Source of the DNA: Candidatus Aceula meridiana
GTDB taxonomy: Bacteria > Omnitrophota > Gorgyraeia > Zapsychrales > Aceulaceae
Length of the DNA: 64,000 bases
Direction: 5' to 3'
Assembly: GCA_030765185.1 (NCBI GenBank)
Contig: JAVCDE010000003.1
Coordinates: 128,038-192,037 of the forward strand
Notes under the pieces: generated by a model
Told to the model about the DNA's origin: nothing
The model's database searches: none
The model's input: only the letters and a program-made list of their open reading frames with translations
Shown: in pieces, positions 1 through 10,455 of the stretch
How the letters are laid out: each line of letters begins with the position of its first letter
How positions within the stretch are numbered: the stretch's first letter is position 1
Position numbers and translations under genes: made by a program

Positions 1-217
1 AGCCGGAGCATTCTTTATGTGTGCGATTGCAGTTATGCCTGATGCTATCATGGCGGCATTTCGTGTGCCTTATTTGGTAGCTTCGTTCTTTGGGGGAACA
101 GGTATTTTAATTATCGTTGGCGTTATGCTTGATACCGTAAAGCAGATGGAATCGCAGCTTTTGACGAGACATTACGATGGGTTTATGAAATCAGGACATT
201 TGAGAGGGCGACGATGA
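1..217 (+). CDS. secY: Preprotein translocase SecY, 3' end (partial)
   Basis: C-terminal [17 protein letters not shown]...RHYDGF motif; directly upstream of adk-map-infA. Confidence 0.95.
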   Translation, partial: AGAFFMCAIAVMPDAIMAAFRVPYLVASFFGGTGILIIVGVMLDTVKQMESQLLTRHYDGFMKSGHLRGRR

Positions 218-888
218 GGCTAGTTTTATTGGGAGCACCTGGAGCTGGAAAAGGAACACAGGCAAAGCTTTTAGAAAAAGTTTTAGGATTAAAACATATT
301 TCGATGGGCGACATCTTACGCGAGGAGATGAAAAATAATACTCCCTTAGGACAAGAGGTCAAGAAATATGTGGAAAGCGGAGGCTTGGTTCCTGACGAAG
401 TTGTTACTAAAATTATTGAACTGAAGCTTACTGATAAAAATTTTGCAGGACAAGGATATCTTCTAGACGGATTTCCGCGCACAGCAAGCCAGGCTGAGGA
501 TTTAGACAAAATTGTTACTAGCGTTGCCCAGCCATTTGATTATGTTGTTTATATGGAAGTCGATAGCGAAGTGGTTATTCAACGTTTGACGGGTCGCCGT
601 GTTTGTCGAAGCTGTGGAGCGCTTTTTCATACGACAAATATGCCATCTAAACAAGAGGGGGTTTGCGATTCATGCGGAGGAGAGCTTTATCAAAGGCCGG
701 ATGACAATGAAGAGACGATTCGAAAAAGAATTAATGTTTATTTAGAAAGCACAGCTCCGATTATTGATTATTACAAGGCAAAAGGTTTGTTGCTGGCTGT
801 TGATGGAAATCAAGAAGCCGGCAAGCTTAAAGATGAGCTTTTAGAGATTTTTAAAAAAGATGGGAAAATTGATAGTCATCAAATCTAA
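214..888 (+). CDS. adk: Adenylate kinase
   Basis: [12 protein letters not shown]-loop, LLDGFPRT, zinc-lid CxxC..CxxC; ATGA overlap with secY. Confidence 0.97.
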   Translation: MRLVLLGAPGAGKGTQAKLLEKVLGLKHISMGDILREEMKNNTPLGQEVKKYVESGGLVPDEVVTKIIELKLTDKNFAGQGYLLDGFPRTASQAEDLDKIVTSVAQPFDYVVYMEVDSEVVIQRLTGRRVCRSCGALFHTTNMPSKQEGVCDSCGGELYQRPDDNEETIRKRINVYLESTAPIIDYYKAKGLLLAVDGNQEAGKLKDELLEIFKKDGKIDSHQI

Positions 889-1621
889 CAGTGAGATTGA
901 GTGTATGGCAAGGGCAGGCAATGCCCTAGCGCAAGTTGTTGATGATTTAAAAGGTTCTTTGAAATGTGGGGTTACAACGTTAGAGATCGACAAAATTGTC
1001 GAAGATGCCATTATCAAACGAAAGGCCAAACCGGCCTTTAAGGGTTATCGAGGATTTCCTGCATCAACCTGTACATCGTTTAACGAGCAAATTGTTCATG
1101 GGATTCCTTCGAATCGCAAGATTAAAGATAATGATATCTTAAGTATTGATATTGGTCTTATCTTAGACGAATGGATGGCAGATACAGCTTTTACGATAGG
1201 CTTTGGTCCTATCAGCGAAGATATCCAACGCCTCATTGAAATGACTCAGAAGTCACTGCATAAAGGAATCGAGCAAGCAAGGCCTGGAAACCATCTTTCG
1301 GATATTGGATTTGCGATTCAAAGTTTTGTTGAGCCATTTGGCTTTTCTGTTGTCCGGGACTTTGTAGGGCACGGAATTGGGCGCTCGTTACATGAAGACC
1401 CTGAAGTGGCAAATTTTGGTTTGCCAAAGACTGGTCCAGTCTTGGAAGAAGGAATGACCTTTGCTATTGAGCCAATGGTTAATCTCGGGACGTACCAGAC
1501 AAAAGTTTTAGAGGACAAATGGACTGTTGTTACGGCTGACGGAAAGCCATCAGCTCATTTTGAACATACAGTGGCCATAACAAAAGACGGCCCGAAAATA
1601 TTAACGGATCTAAATGGCTAA
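860..1621 (+). CDS. map: Methionine aminopeptidase type I
   Basis: [33 protein letters not shown]. Confidence 0.97.
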   Translation: MGKLIVIKSNSEIECMARAGNALAQVVDDLKGSLKCGVTTLEIDKIVEDAIIKRKAKPAFKGYRGFPASTCTSFNEQIVHGIPSNRKIKDNDILSIDIGLILDEWMADTAFTIGFGPISEDIQRLIEMTQKSLHKGIEQARPGNHLSDIGFAIQSFVEPFGFSVVRDFVGHGIGRSLHEDPEVANFGLPKTGPVLEEGMTFAIEPMVNLGTYQTKVLEDKWTVVTADGKPSAHFEHTVAITKDGPKILTDLNG

Positions 1622-1838
1622 AGAAGAACTCATAGAAGTTGAAGGCGTTATCAAAGAATCATTGCCAAATGCGATGTTTCAGGTTGAACTGGATAATGGA
1701 CACAGGGTCTTAGCTCACATTTCAGGAAAAATGCGTGTTCATTTTATTCGTCTTTTGCCGGGAGATAAAGTTAAAGTAGAGCTTTCGCCTTACGATTTAA
1801 CACGAGGGCGTATTACATACAGGGAAAAGCAAAAATGA
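1614..1838 (+). CDS. infA: Translation initiation factor IF-1
   Basis: [23 protein letters not shown]. Confidence 0.98.
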   Translation: MAKEELIEVEGVIKESLPNAMFQVELDNGHRVLAHISGKMRVHFIRLLPGDKVKVELSPYDLTRGRITYREKQK

Positions 1839-1948
1839 AAGTAAAATCATCTGTTAAAAGAATTTGCAGCAAATGTAAAGTTGTTCGTCGTAAAAACGTC
1901 GTACGCGTTATTTGCAGCAATCCAAAACATAAGCAAAGACAAGGATAA
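1835..1948 (+). CDS. rpmJ: 50S ribosomal protein bL36 (37 aa, not in ORF track)
   Basis: Hand translation [37 protein letters not shown]; zinc-binding C/C/C/H form; ATGA overlap with infA. Confidence 0.97.
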   Translation: MKVKSSVKRICSKCKVVRRKNVVRVICSNPKHKQRQG

Positions 1949-1951
1949 GCT

Positions 1952-2326
1952 ATGCCCAGAATCTTAGGTGTGGATCTTCCCAAAGAAAAACGTATCGAGG
2001 CATCATTGCCTTACCTTTACGGTATCGGACGGACAAACTGTAAGAAAATTTTAGAGATTGCTCAGATTGACCCAAATAAGCGTGCCAAAGATCTATCTGA
2101 CGAGGAGATCGCAAAACTTACCTCAATCATTCAGAAAGATTATCGCATCGAAGGCGACTTGAGGCGTGAAGTAATGCAAAACATTAGACGTCTTATTGAT
2201 ATTGGTTCGTATCGGGGATTACGTCATAAAAAGGGATTACCATCACGCGGCCAACGCACAAAGACCAATGCCCGTACACGCAAGGGTAAAAAGAAGGTCA
2301 TGATGGCATCTCCTTCTAAAAAGTAA
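1952..2326 (+). CDS. rpsM: 30S ribosomal protein uS13
   Basis: [36 protein letters not shown]. Confidence 0.98.
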   Translation: MPRILGVDLPKEKRIEASLPYLYGIGRTNCKKILEIAQIDPNKRAKDLSDEEIAKLTSIIQKDYRIEGDLRREVMQNIRRLIDIGSYRGLRHKKGLPSRGQRTKTNARTRKGKKKVMMASPSKK

Positions 2327-2342
2327 ATATTAAGGAGAATCA

Positions 2343-2741
2343 ATGGCGAAGCCAAGAAAAGATAAAACAAAATCTAAGAAGAAATCCTTAAAAGGAGTAA
2401 CCAGCGGTTCAGTTCACATCAAGGCAACGTTTAACAACACGCTTGTTACCATTACTGACGCTCAGGGAGCTGTTATCATTTGGTCTTCTCCTGGACATGT
2501 TGGTTTTAAGGGATCAAAGAAATCGACGCCGTTTGCTGCACAGGTTGCTGCAACAGATGCCGCAAAAAAAGCAAAAGATTTAGGATTAGAGAATGTAGAA
2601 GTTTTTGTTAAGGGGCCAGGTGCAGGAAGAGAGTCAGCTATAAGAGCTATTGCTGCAGCTGGTTTAAAAGTAACAATGATCAGAGATGTAACACCTGTTC
2701 CTCATAATGGGTGTCGTCCACGCAAAAAACGCCGCGTATAA
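2343..2741 (+). CDS. rpsK: 30S ribosomal protein uS11
   Basis: [27 protein letters not shown]. Confidence 0.98.
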   Translation: MAKPRKDKTKSKKKSLKGVTSGSVHIKATFNNTLVTITDAQGAVIIWSSPGHVGFKGSKKSTPFAAQVAATDAAKKAKDLGLENVEVFVKGPGAGRESAIRAIAAAGLKVTMIRDVTPVPHNGCRPRKKRRV

Positions 2742-2753
2742 AAGGAGTCATTT

Positions 2754-3380
2754 ATGGCGAGAGATTTAGAACCAAGTTGCAAGAAGTGTCGGCGAGAAGG
2801 AGAAAAGCTGTTTCTTAAAGGAACACGCTGTTCTACACATCGTTGCGGTTTTGCCCGGAGGGAATATGCTCCAGGACAGCATGGTAATCGAAGAACAAAA
2901 TTGTCAAACTTTGGTCTGCAGCTTCGCGAAAAACAAAAAGTTAAAAGAATTTACGGAATTTTAGAAAAACAATTTCGTGGCTATTTTGCTAAAGCTGCTA
3001 GCGTTAAGGATGTCACAGGTCATGTGCTTCTTCAATTTCTAGAGAGGCGCTTAGACAATGTCATCTATCAGTTTGGGTTTGCATCATCACGTGCTCAAGC
3101 TCGACAGCTAGTTAGCCATGGATTCGTAAGGGTAAATGGTCGACGCGTTAACATTCCTTCTTTTTTGATAAAAAAAGATGATGCTATCGAGATGAAATTT
3201 CAAAAGACGGGTCAAAAACTTGTTAAAGATAATATTGAAACGTCTAAGGCTCGCAATATTCCTGCGTGGCTGAGCGTTGATAGTGATAATTTTAAAGGGA
3301 ACGTTTTAAGGTTGCCGGTTCGAGAAGATGTTCAGTATCCGGTTAACGAACAATTGATTGTCGAGCTTTATTCACGATAA
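2754..3380 (+). CDS. rpsD: 30S ribosomal protein uS4
   Basis: PGQHG, QLREKQK, LERRLDNV, QLIVELYSR. Confidence 0.98.
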   Translation: MARDLEPSCKKCRREGEKLFLKGTRCSTHRCGFARREYAPGQHGNRRTKLSNFGLQLREKQKVKRIYGILEKQFRGYFAKAASVKDVTGHVLLQFLERRLDNVIYQFGFASSRAQARQLVSHGFVRVNGRRVNIPSFLIKKDDAIEMKFQKTGQKLVKDNIETSKARNIPAWLSVDSDNFKGNVLRLPVREDVQYPVNEQLIVELYSR

Positions 3381-3421
3381 TTATTTATTTAAAAGAATTT
3401 TCAAAAATGTAGGAGGCCTAG

Positions 3422-4414
3422 ATGGGGGTTAAATGGAGAGATTTTCAAATGCCAAAGCGTTTGGAATGCGAAGAGTCAACTTATACTGATACATATGGAA
3501 AATTTATTGCCGAACCTTTTGAAAGAGGTTATGGGGTAACGCTAGGAAACTCCTTAAGACGGATTTTACTTTCTTCTTTAGAGGGAAGCGCGGTAACATC
3601 AATACGTATCGATGGAGTTCAGCATGAATTTGCCACAGTTTCCGGTGTTTTAGAACCGGTCACGGATGTTATTCTTAACGTCAAGCAGATTATTTTACGC
3701 TCGCATTCTAAGGTTGCCAAAACAATTTATATTAAAGCTGATACAAAAGGAGAAGTTTACGCTAGGGATATCATCAGAGATGAAACCATTGAGGTTTTAA
3801 ATCCGGATCTCCTTATTGCGACATTAACCCAAGATACCAAGCTTAACATGGAGATGGAAGTGTCCCGCGGACGTGGTTATATGCCGGCTGAAGTTAACAA
3901 AAAAGAAGGTGCTCCTGTTGGAACCATCGCTGTCGATTCTATTTTTACACCGGTTGTTAAAGTTAATTTCTTCGTCGAGAACACACGCGTTGGTCAAAAA
4001 ACAGACTATGATAAATTAGTTTTAGAAATCAATACTAATGGCGGCGTAAGCCCCAAAGAAGCCCTTCTTTACGGAGCCAATATTTTACAGCGTCACTTGG
4101 ACGTTTTTGTAAGCTATGGTCAACTTCCTGAAGAGGAAGAAGAAGAGGAAGAGGTTTCTGTCGAAGAAAAAGCACTTTACGAAAAACTTCGTTTACCTAT
4201 TTCCGAATTAGAATTATCGGTTAGAAGTGCTAATTGTCTTCGTGAATCGAATATCAAAACTATTTCTGAGCTTGTTCGAAAAAGCGAACCAGAATTATTA
4301 GGATTTCGTAACTTCGGAAAGAAATCTTTAACAGAAATAGGAGACATTCTAAAGACCATGGGGTTAGACCTAGGAATGAAGATTGATCTAAAGAAATTAA
4401 GACAAAAAGACTAA
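3422..4414 (+). CDS. rpoA: RNA polymerase alpha subunit
   Basis: EPFERGYGVTLGNSLRR, ELELSVRSANCL, NFGKKSLTEI; SD AGGAGG upstream. Confidence 0.98.
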   Translation: MGVKWRDFQMPKRLECEESTYTDTYGKFIAEPFERGYGVTLGNSLRRILLSSLEGSAVTSIRIDGVQHEFATVSGVLEPVTDVILNVKQIILRSHSKVAKTIYIKADTKGEVYARDIIRDETIEVLNPDLLIATLTQDTKLNMEMEVSRGRGYMPAEVNKKEGAPVGTIAVDSIFTPVVKVNFFVENTRVGQKTDYDKLVLEINTNGGVSPKEALLYGANILQRHLDVFVSYGQLPEEEEEEEEVSVEEKALYEKLRLPISELELSVRSANCLRESNIKTISELVRKSEPELLGFRNFGKKSLTEIGDILKTMGLDLGMKIDLKKLRQKD

Positions 4415-4448
4415 AGAAATTTTTTTAATTTAAAGAGATGAGTATTTT

Positions 4449-5039
4449 ATGAGACACGGAAACGCAGGAAGAAAATTTGGACGCAATTCAAGCTGGCGAA
4501 AAGCAACTGTTCGGGATATTGCCCGGGCAACACTTCTCCATGAACGTGTTTGTACAACTGAGGCAAGAGCCAAAGAAACGCGTAAGCTTGTTGATAAGCT
4601 TATTACATTAGGAAAAAAGCAAACACTAGCTGCTAAAAGAATGGCATTTGCGATTATCGGCAGCCATCGCATGGTTAGCACTCTTTTTAATGAAACAGCT
4701 ATTCGTTTCAAGGACCGCAACGGTGGATATTCTCGCATCATTCCACTTGCAAAAACTCGAAGAGGGGATAACGCAAAGCTTGTTTTTCTAGAGTTAACAG
4801 AAAAAGCTAAAGTTGTTGTTGAGAAAACTTCTAAAGCAAAAAAGACATCTGTAGCTAAGAAGCCTGCTGAAGCAAAGGCTACGCAAGAATCTGCGCAAAA
4901 GACTGCTGAAAATTCTAAAGAAAAAGAAAAGAAAGCACCTTCTACTGCTTCTCAGAAATCGAAGCCAGAAGAAAAGTCTTCAAAAAGGATCGGGCGAGGT
5001 CTTAAGAAAATATTTAGCAAAAAAAATCCGGGGAAGTAA
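4449..5039 (+). CDS. rplQ: 50S ribosomal protein bL17 with ~75-aa C-terminal extension
   Basis: MRHG..GRKFGR, TTEARAKE, RNGGYSRI, RRGDNA; follows rpoA. Confidence 0.96.
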   Translation: MRHGNAGRKFGRNSSWRKATVRDIARATLLHERVCTTEARAKETRKLVDKLITLGKKQTLAAKRMAFAIIGSHRMVSTLFNETAIRFKDRNGGYSRIIPLAKTRRGDNAKLVFLELTEKAKVVVEKTSKAKKTSVAKKPAEAKATQESAQKTAENSKEKEKKAPSTASQKSKPEEKSSKRIGRGLKKIFSKKNPGK

Positions 5040-5042
5040 GCT

Positions 5043-6215
5043 ATGCCGATTTCAAAACGAGCGAAGAATGTTGTTGCCTCTTCAACACTCGCGATCACTG
5101 CACGAGCTAAGGAACTTAAAGCCCAAGGTTGTGATGTTGTTAATTTCGCCGCTGGTGAACCCGATTTTGATACTCCCGATTTTATCAAAAAAGCTGCTAT
5201 CAAAGCTATTGAAGATGGCCTTACCAAATATACTCCTAGCATTGGAACCGTAGATCTACGAAAAGCAATTTCTAAGAAATTTCTCGACGACAATAATCTC
5301 AAGTATGATCCTACGTCTGAAATTGTTGTTTCTTGCGGCGCCAAACACTCGCTTTATAACTTAATGCAGGTTTTGGTTGAGGAGAAGGATGAAGTTCTTG
5401 TCCCTGCTCCTTATTGGGTCAGTTATCCTGAAATGATAAAGTTGTCTGGGGCAACACCAAAATTTCTAGAAACAACCTCAGGGAGTCAATTTAAAATTAC
5501 GGCTAAGCAGCTAGAGGAAAGCATTTCTCCAAACACAAAAGCCCTTATTCTTAATTCTCCGTCTAATCCGACCGGAACTGTTTATACAAAAACAGAACTA
5601 AAGGATATTGCTCAGGTTTGCGTTAAGCGTAATATTTTTGTGGTTAGCGACGAAATTTATGAAAAACTTTGCTATGCGAAGGAGCCGTATACATCAATCG
5701 CTTCTTTAGGTAAAGAAATTTTTGATTTGACTGTAACTGTAAATGGTGTTTCTAAAGCTTATGCAATGACGGGGTGGAGGATTGGTTATTTTGGTGGGTC
5801 TAAAGAAATTGCTCAGAATGTCAAAAAGATTCAAGATCATTCAACATCTAATCCGAGCTCGATTAGTCAAGCAGCTGCACTGGCAGCTTTAGGTGCTCCT
5901 CCTGATACACTTGACGCGATGAAGGGAAAATTTCAAAAACGGCGTGATGTTATAATGAAATGCTTAGACAAAATTCCGGAAATTAGCTATATTTATCCTA
6001 ATGGGGCATTTTATATCTTTTGCAACATTAGCAAGGTTGGCGAAGATTCTGTTTCGACTGCGAAGAAAATTTTGGATGACACTAATGTTGCTTGTATTCC
6101 CGGAAAAGGGTTTGGGGCTGATGAATATATGCGCTTAAGCTTTGCTACTTCGGTTGAGCGCATTGAAGAGGGAATCAGCCGCATTGCCAAATGGGTTAAA
6201 GAGAATTCTAAATAA
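5043..6215 (+). CDS. PLP-dependent class I aminotransferase (aspartate aminotransferase-like)
   Basis: GEPDFDTP, NSPSNPTG, SDEIYE, SKAYAMTGWRIG. Confidence 0.92.
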   Translation: MPISKRAKNVVASSTLAITARAKELKAQGCDVVNFAAGEPDFDTPDFIKKAAIKAIEDGLTKYTPSIGTVDLRKAISKKFLDDNNLKYDPTSEIVVSCGAKHSLYNLMQVLVEEKDEVLVPAPYWVSYPEMIKLSGATPKFLETTSGSQFKITAKQLEESISPNTKALILNSPSNPTGTVYTKTELKDIAQVCVKRNIFVVSDEIYEKLCYAKEPYTSIASLGKEIFDLTVTVNGVSKAYAMTGWRIGYFGGSKEIAQNVKKIQDHSTSNPSSISQAAALAALGAPPDTLDAMKGKFQKRRDVIMKCLDKIPEISYIYPNGAFYIFCNISKVGEDSVSTAKKILDDTNVACIPGKGFGADEYMRLSFATSVERIEEGISRIAKWVKENSK

Positions 6216-6224
6216 GGAACGACT

Positions 6225-7289
6225 ATGTCAAAACACAGAGAAGTCCGAGATTTATTATTGTCAGCCATTGAGCGTAAGGCCTCTGATTTACATTTAACAG
6301 ATGAAACGCCTCCTGTTTTGCGCATTGACGGGAATTTGGTTGTTTTAGATGAAGAGCCCTTAGATCGCGACACACTTAAGAAAATGATTTACGGTCTTTT
6401 AACGGATGATCAAAAAGAGCATTTTGAAGAACAAAAAGAGCTTGATTTCTCCATTGCCCTTCCGGGGTTAGATCGTTTCCGTGCTAATGTGCATATTCAA
6501 AGAGGGTCAGTTGAGATTGCCCTACGAAGAATCCCGTTATTTATTCCTACCATTGAAGAGTTAGGGCTTCCGGATGTTGTTAGAGATTTTGCTAGACGTC
6601 ACAATGGCCTCGTTTTAGTTACAGGACCTACAGGGTCAGGGAAGACAACAACCCTTTCTGCGATGATTGATTTGATTAATAATGAGCGTGCTTGCCATAT
6701 TGTTTGTATCGAAGATCCGATCGAGTACATTCATTACAATAAAAAAGCAATTATCAAACAGCGTGAAGTTTATAATGATACACATTCATTTTCCGAAGCC
6801 CTTAAGCGATGTTTGCGTCAGGATCCCGATGTTATTGTCGTTGGAGAAATGCGTGACCTTGAGACCATCTCAACAGCTCTAACTGCTGCCGAAACAGGCC
6901 ACCTTGTCCTGGCAACGCTTCATACCCCGGATGCCCCCCAGACGATCGAACGTATTATTGATGTTTTCCCGCCTCACCAACAAGAACAGGTTAAGCTTCA
7001 GCTTGCATCATGTTTAGCCGGTGTCCTTTCTCAGGACCTTCTTCCTAGAAAAGAATCAGAGGGCAGAATACTCTCGACAGAAATTATGATTGCCACCCCA
7101 GGAATTCGCCATTTGATCCGCGAGCAGGCTATTGAGCAAATTCCGACAGCTATTCAGACTGGCCATAAATATGGCATGAAGACTATGGATAAATGTCTCC
7201 AGGAGCTGTATCAGGCAGGGCAAATTACTTATGAGGCCGCTATCAGTCGAGCTAAGAATCCGGAAGAATTTAAGAAAATTGTAGAATAG
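6225..7289 (+). CDS. pilT: Type IV pilus retraction ATPase, PilT family
   Basis: ASDLHL, GPTGSGKTTT, IEDPIE, LRQDPDVIVVGEMRD, AETGHLVLATLHT. Confidence 0.92.
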   Translation: MSKHREVRDLLLSAIERKASDLHLTDETPPVLRIDGNLVVLDEEPLDRDTLKKMIYGLLTDDQKEHFEEQKELDFSIALPGLDRFRANVHIQRGSVEIALRRIPLFIPTIEELGLPDVVRDFARRHNGLVLVTGPTGSGKTTTLSAMIDLINNERACHIVCIEDPIEYIHYNKKAIIKQREVYNDTHSFSEALKRCLRQDPDVIVVGEMRDLETISTALTAAETGHLVLATLHTPDAPQTIERIIDVFPPHQQEQVKLQLASCLAGVLSQDLLPRKESEGRILSTEIMIATPGIRHLIREQAIEQIPTAIQTGHKYGMKTMDKCLQELYQAGQITYEAAISRAKNPEEFKKIVE

Positions 7290-7299
7290 AGGAAATTTT

Positions 7300-8391
7300 A
7301 TGACCTATAAAGTTACATTACTCCCAGGTGATGGAATCGGGCCGGAAGTTGCTTTTGCAATGCGCAAGTGCGTTGATGCAACAGGTGTTGCTATCGATTG
7401 GGAAGAGCAGCCTGCTGGGGAGCATACAATTAAAACATGCGGCACCCCGCTTCCTAAGGAAGCCCTTGAATCCATACGAAGGAATAAAGTAGCGATCAAG
7501 GGTCCGATTGCTACACCCGTTGGAAAAGGATTCCGATCTGTTAATGTTCAGATTCGCCAAGAGTTAGATTTGTTTGCGTGTGTCCGTCCGGCACGATACA
7601 TTGAAGGAACAAAATCAAAAGAAAAAGATCTGGATTTAGTTATCTTTCGCGAAAATACAGAAGATTTGTATGCTGGAATTGAGTTCGAAAAAGGAAGCAA
7701 AGAAACCTTATCTCTTATCAAGGAAATCAATAGCCTTCAGCCGAGACAGATTCGAGAGGATGCTGCCATTTCCATCAAGCCTATTTCTGCTTATGCTTCA
7801 GCGCGCATTATTAGGGCTGCATTTGAATATGTTGTTAAGCACAAGCGAAAGAAAGTTTCGCTTGTGCATAAAGCTAATATCATGAAATTTACAGATGGGT
7901 TATTTTTACAGACAGGTAGAGAGATTGCGAAAGAATACGAGGGGCGCGTAGAATTTGAGGATGTTATTGTTGACAATATGTCAATGCAGCTTGTGCAAAG
8001 ACCTTCGTATTACGACGTCCTTGTTTTACCAAATTTATATGGAGACATTATTTCCGATTTATGCGCGGGGCTAGCGGGTGGTTTAGGCATTGCCCCGGGG
8101 GCAAATATCGGAGATGAGATTGCCTTGTTTGAACCTGTTCATGGTTCAGCGCCGAAATATGCAGGAAAGAACAAAGTTAATCCTACAGCAATAATTTTGT
8201 CAGCCGTTATGATGCTTGATTATCTCGGAGAGCAAAAAGCAGCTGAGAAGCTTGAATCAGCGGTTCGGTCTATTATCAAAGAAGGAAAAGATGTTACATA
8301 TGACCTAAAGCTTGACCGTGCTGATCAAACGTCTGTAGGGACACAAGAAATGGCTGATGCCATTTGTCGAAGAATCAAAGAACTTTCCTGA
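7300..8391 (+). CDS. Isocitrate/isopropylmalate dehydrogenase family protein (probably isocitrate dehydrogenase)
   Basis: [54 protein letters not shown]. Confidence 0.88.
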   Translation: MTYKVTLLPGDGIGPEVAFAMRKCVDATGVAIDWEEQPAGEHTIKTCGTPLPKEALESIRRNKVAIKGPIATPVGKGFRSVNVQIRQELDLFACVRPARYIEGTKSKEKDLDLVIFRENTEDLYAGIEFEKGSKETLSLIKEINSLQPRQIREDAAISIKPISAYASARIIRAAFEYVVKHKRKKVSLVHKANIMKFTDGLFLQTGREIAKEYEGRVEFEDVIVDNMSMQLVQRPSYYDVLVLPNLYGDIISDLCAGLAGGLGIAPGANIGDEIALFEPVHGSAPKYAGKNKVNPTAIILSAVMMLDYLGEQKAAEKLESAVRSIIKEGKDVTYDLKLDRADQTSVGTQEMADAICRRIKELS

Positions 8392-8439
8392 TATTTTAAG
8401 CATTCTCACCTTTTTTCTCCAAAATTCTAAGAAAAAATT

Positions 8440-9111
8440 ATGGCAGTGTTCGACCAATCTCAAAAAATTTGTATCCCTTGCAAAATTTATGATTTAGGCT
8501 TGATCGATTACAATCAAGCTTACCGTCGACAAAAACAGGCCTTAAGCGGCGTAATAAGTGGCGGAGAAAATGTTTTATTTTTGTGCGAGCATCCTGCGGT
8601 TTTTACTTTAGGGCGTCTAGATAAAAAAGATAATTTTTCTTGTTCTTTGAGAGAGATTGAAAAGAAAAATATTCCCGTGGTGCCTATCGACCGAGGTGGA
8701 AAAATAACATTTCACGGACAAGGACAGCTGCTTGTTTATCCGATTTTTGATCTTAATTGTTTTGGAAAAGATTTAAAGTTCTTTATGCATCAGATGGAGG
8801 AGGTCCTTATTGATTTTCTACAAGAGTTTGGTATAGTGGCCAATAGAGTACCTGGACACACTGGAGCATGGGTTAAAGATAAAAAAATTGCATCTATTGG
8901 CATCGGTGTGCGCAAGTGGGTTTCTTATCACGGATTAGCTGTAAATTTAAATACAAATTTGGATTCTTTTCGTATGATTAAGCCTTGTGGCCTAAACGTT
9001 GAAATGACATCTTTGGAAAAACAGCTCGGTTATAAAATTAATATGCCACAAGCAAAACAGAAAATGATTCGTTGTTTTCAAAAAATATTTTGTTTAGGAA
9101 TTGAAGAATGA
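8440..9111 (+). CDS. lipB: Lipoyl(octanoyl) transferase
   Basis: CEHPAVFTLGR, RGGKITFHG, KIASIGI, HGLAVN, IKPCG. Confidence 0.93.
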   Translation: MAVFDQSQKICIPCKIYDLGLIDYNQAYRRQKQALSGVISGGENVLFLCEHPAVFTLGRLDKKDNFSCSLREIEKKNIPVVPIDRGGKITFHGQGQLLVYPIFDLNCFGKDLKFFMHQMEEVLIDFLQEFGIVANRVPGHTGAWVKDKKIASIGIGVRKWVSYHGLAVNLNTNLDSFRMIKPCGLNVEMTSLEKQLGYKINMPQAKQKMIRCFQKIFCLGIEE

Positions 9112-9335
9112 AAATCGAAGTTCCGCCTCTAGGCAAAGGAATAGACAAGGTAGCTGTTTCTTGTTGGTATGTTCAAACCGGCAGTGAGATTAAAGAAGGT
9201 GAAGACATTGTAGAACTTTCGGCGGATAAAGCCATTTTTAGTCTTCCGTCTCCGACAACGGGAATACTAAAGGAAATTTTTATCAAGGAAAATTCTGAGG
9301 CCAAGATCGGTGAGGCCTTAGGAGTTATTGAATAA
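9108..9335 (+). CDS. Stand-alone lipoyl-attachment domain protein
   Basis: E2-type lipoyl domain with DKA motif (VELSADKAIFSLPSP); only 75 aa; ATGA overlap with lipB. Confidence 0.85.
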   Translation: MKIEVPPLGKGIDKVAVSCWYVQTGSEIKEGEDIVELSADKAIFSLPSPTTGILKEIFIKENSEAKIGEALGVIE

Positions 9336-9339
9336 TCTT

Positions 9340-10455
9340 ATGAGCCATCCTAAAATTCTTTTAATGCATATTACAAAGACTTCTGGTCACCATCGGGCAA
9401 CAGTGGCTATTGAAAATGCCTTAAAGGAATTAAATCCTCAGGCTGAAACGCTCAATCTCAATGGTTTTGCTTATGTATATCCGATTTTAGAAAAAATTAT
9501 TAATACGGCTTACATGAGTGTTATCAAGCGACGGCCTCAGCTTTGGGATTATCTTTATGACAATCCTAAAGTTGTTAAAAAGACTGGAAAAATTAAGAAA
9601 ATTCTAAATAACGCAAAGCAGCCAAAACTTAAGCGATTATTTAAAAGATTTGCACCTGATGCTGTTGTTTGTACGCAGGCATTTCCGTGTGGCATGATCG
9701 GAGATTTTAAAAAAAGATACGATAATCCCATTAAACTCATTGGGGTTTTAACTGATTTTGCACCGCATCATTATTGGCTTCATGACAAGGTTGATTATTA
9801 TGTTGTTCCAACAAAAGAGGCAAGAGACCGCCTTGTCCAAGACGGTATCGAAGCTAAGCGCATTAAACTTTATGGAATTCCTATTGATCTTAAATTTTCA
9901 AAGGCTTCTAAAAAGGATCATACTGCCAAAGATTTAGGATTAAAGGCAGGGATTAAGACAATTTTGATTATGGGCGGGGGACAAGGCATCGGCCCAATAA
10001 GGTCTATTGTAAAGAATTTAGCCGACTGCAGAGAAGAATTTCAGCTTGTTGTCATCGCTGGTACGAATAAGCGTATTCTTAAGGCACTTCGGAAGGTAAA
10101 ATTTCCTTATGGCCAAGATATCCGCGTTCTTTCTTATGTTGATAACGTTGATGAACTTATGGACTGCGCGGACATGATTATTACAAAGCCAGGAGGAATG
10201 ACAACGGCAGAATGTTTGTCTAAGGGCCTTCCGATGGTTATTGTTAATCCTATTCCTGGGCAAGAGGCAAGGAACACTCATTTGCTTTTGAAAAAAGGGA
10301 TTGCTGTCGAAATTGACGATCTTTCGCAAGTTGCGCAAGAAGTCGGAGATCTTTTACGCTCACCTGAAAAACTTCAATTAATGCGCGAGGCTGCCCTTCA
10401 GTACGGCAAGCCGCAGGCGGCAATGGATGTCGCGAAACTTATTTTGGAAAAATGA
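9340..10455 (+). CDS. GT28 monogalactosyl/diglucosyl-diacylglycerol synthase-like glycosyltransferase
   Basis: SGHHRA, GIPID, MGGGQG, ITKPGGMTTAE, PIPGQEARN; start may be 9328 or 9340. Confidence 0.88.
   Translation: MSHPKILLMHITKTSGHHRATVAIENALKELNPQAETLNLNGFAYVYPILEKIINTAYMSVIKRRPQLWDYLYDNPKVVKKTGKIKKILNNAKQPKLKRLFKRFAPDAVVCTQAFPCGMIGDFKKRYDNPIKLIGVLTDFAPHHYWLHDKVDYYVVPTKEARDRLVQDGIEAKRIKLYGIPIDLKFSKASKKDHTAKDLGLKAGIKTILIMGGGQGIGPIRSIVKNLADCREEFQLVVIAGTNKRILKALRKVKFPYGQDIRVLSYVDNVDELMDCADMIITKPGGMTTAECLSKGLPMVIVNPIPGQEARNTHLLLKKGIAVEIDDLSQVAQEVGDLLRSPEKLQLMREAALQYGKPQAAMDVAKLILEK

Noticed and set aside
4126-4170. Poly-Glu run in RpoA
   Set aside because: Falls in the flexible NTD-CTD linker; mixed GAA/GAG codons; ordinary low complexity.
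9108-9335. Frameshifted or read-through E2 dehydrogenase subunit
   Set aside because: Ends in TAA and is followed directly by an intact GT28 gene; no E2 catalytic domain in other frames of the track.
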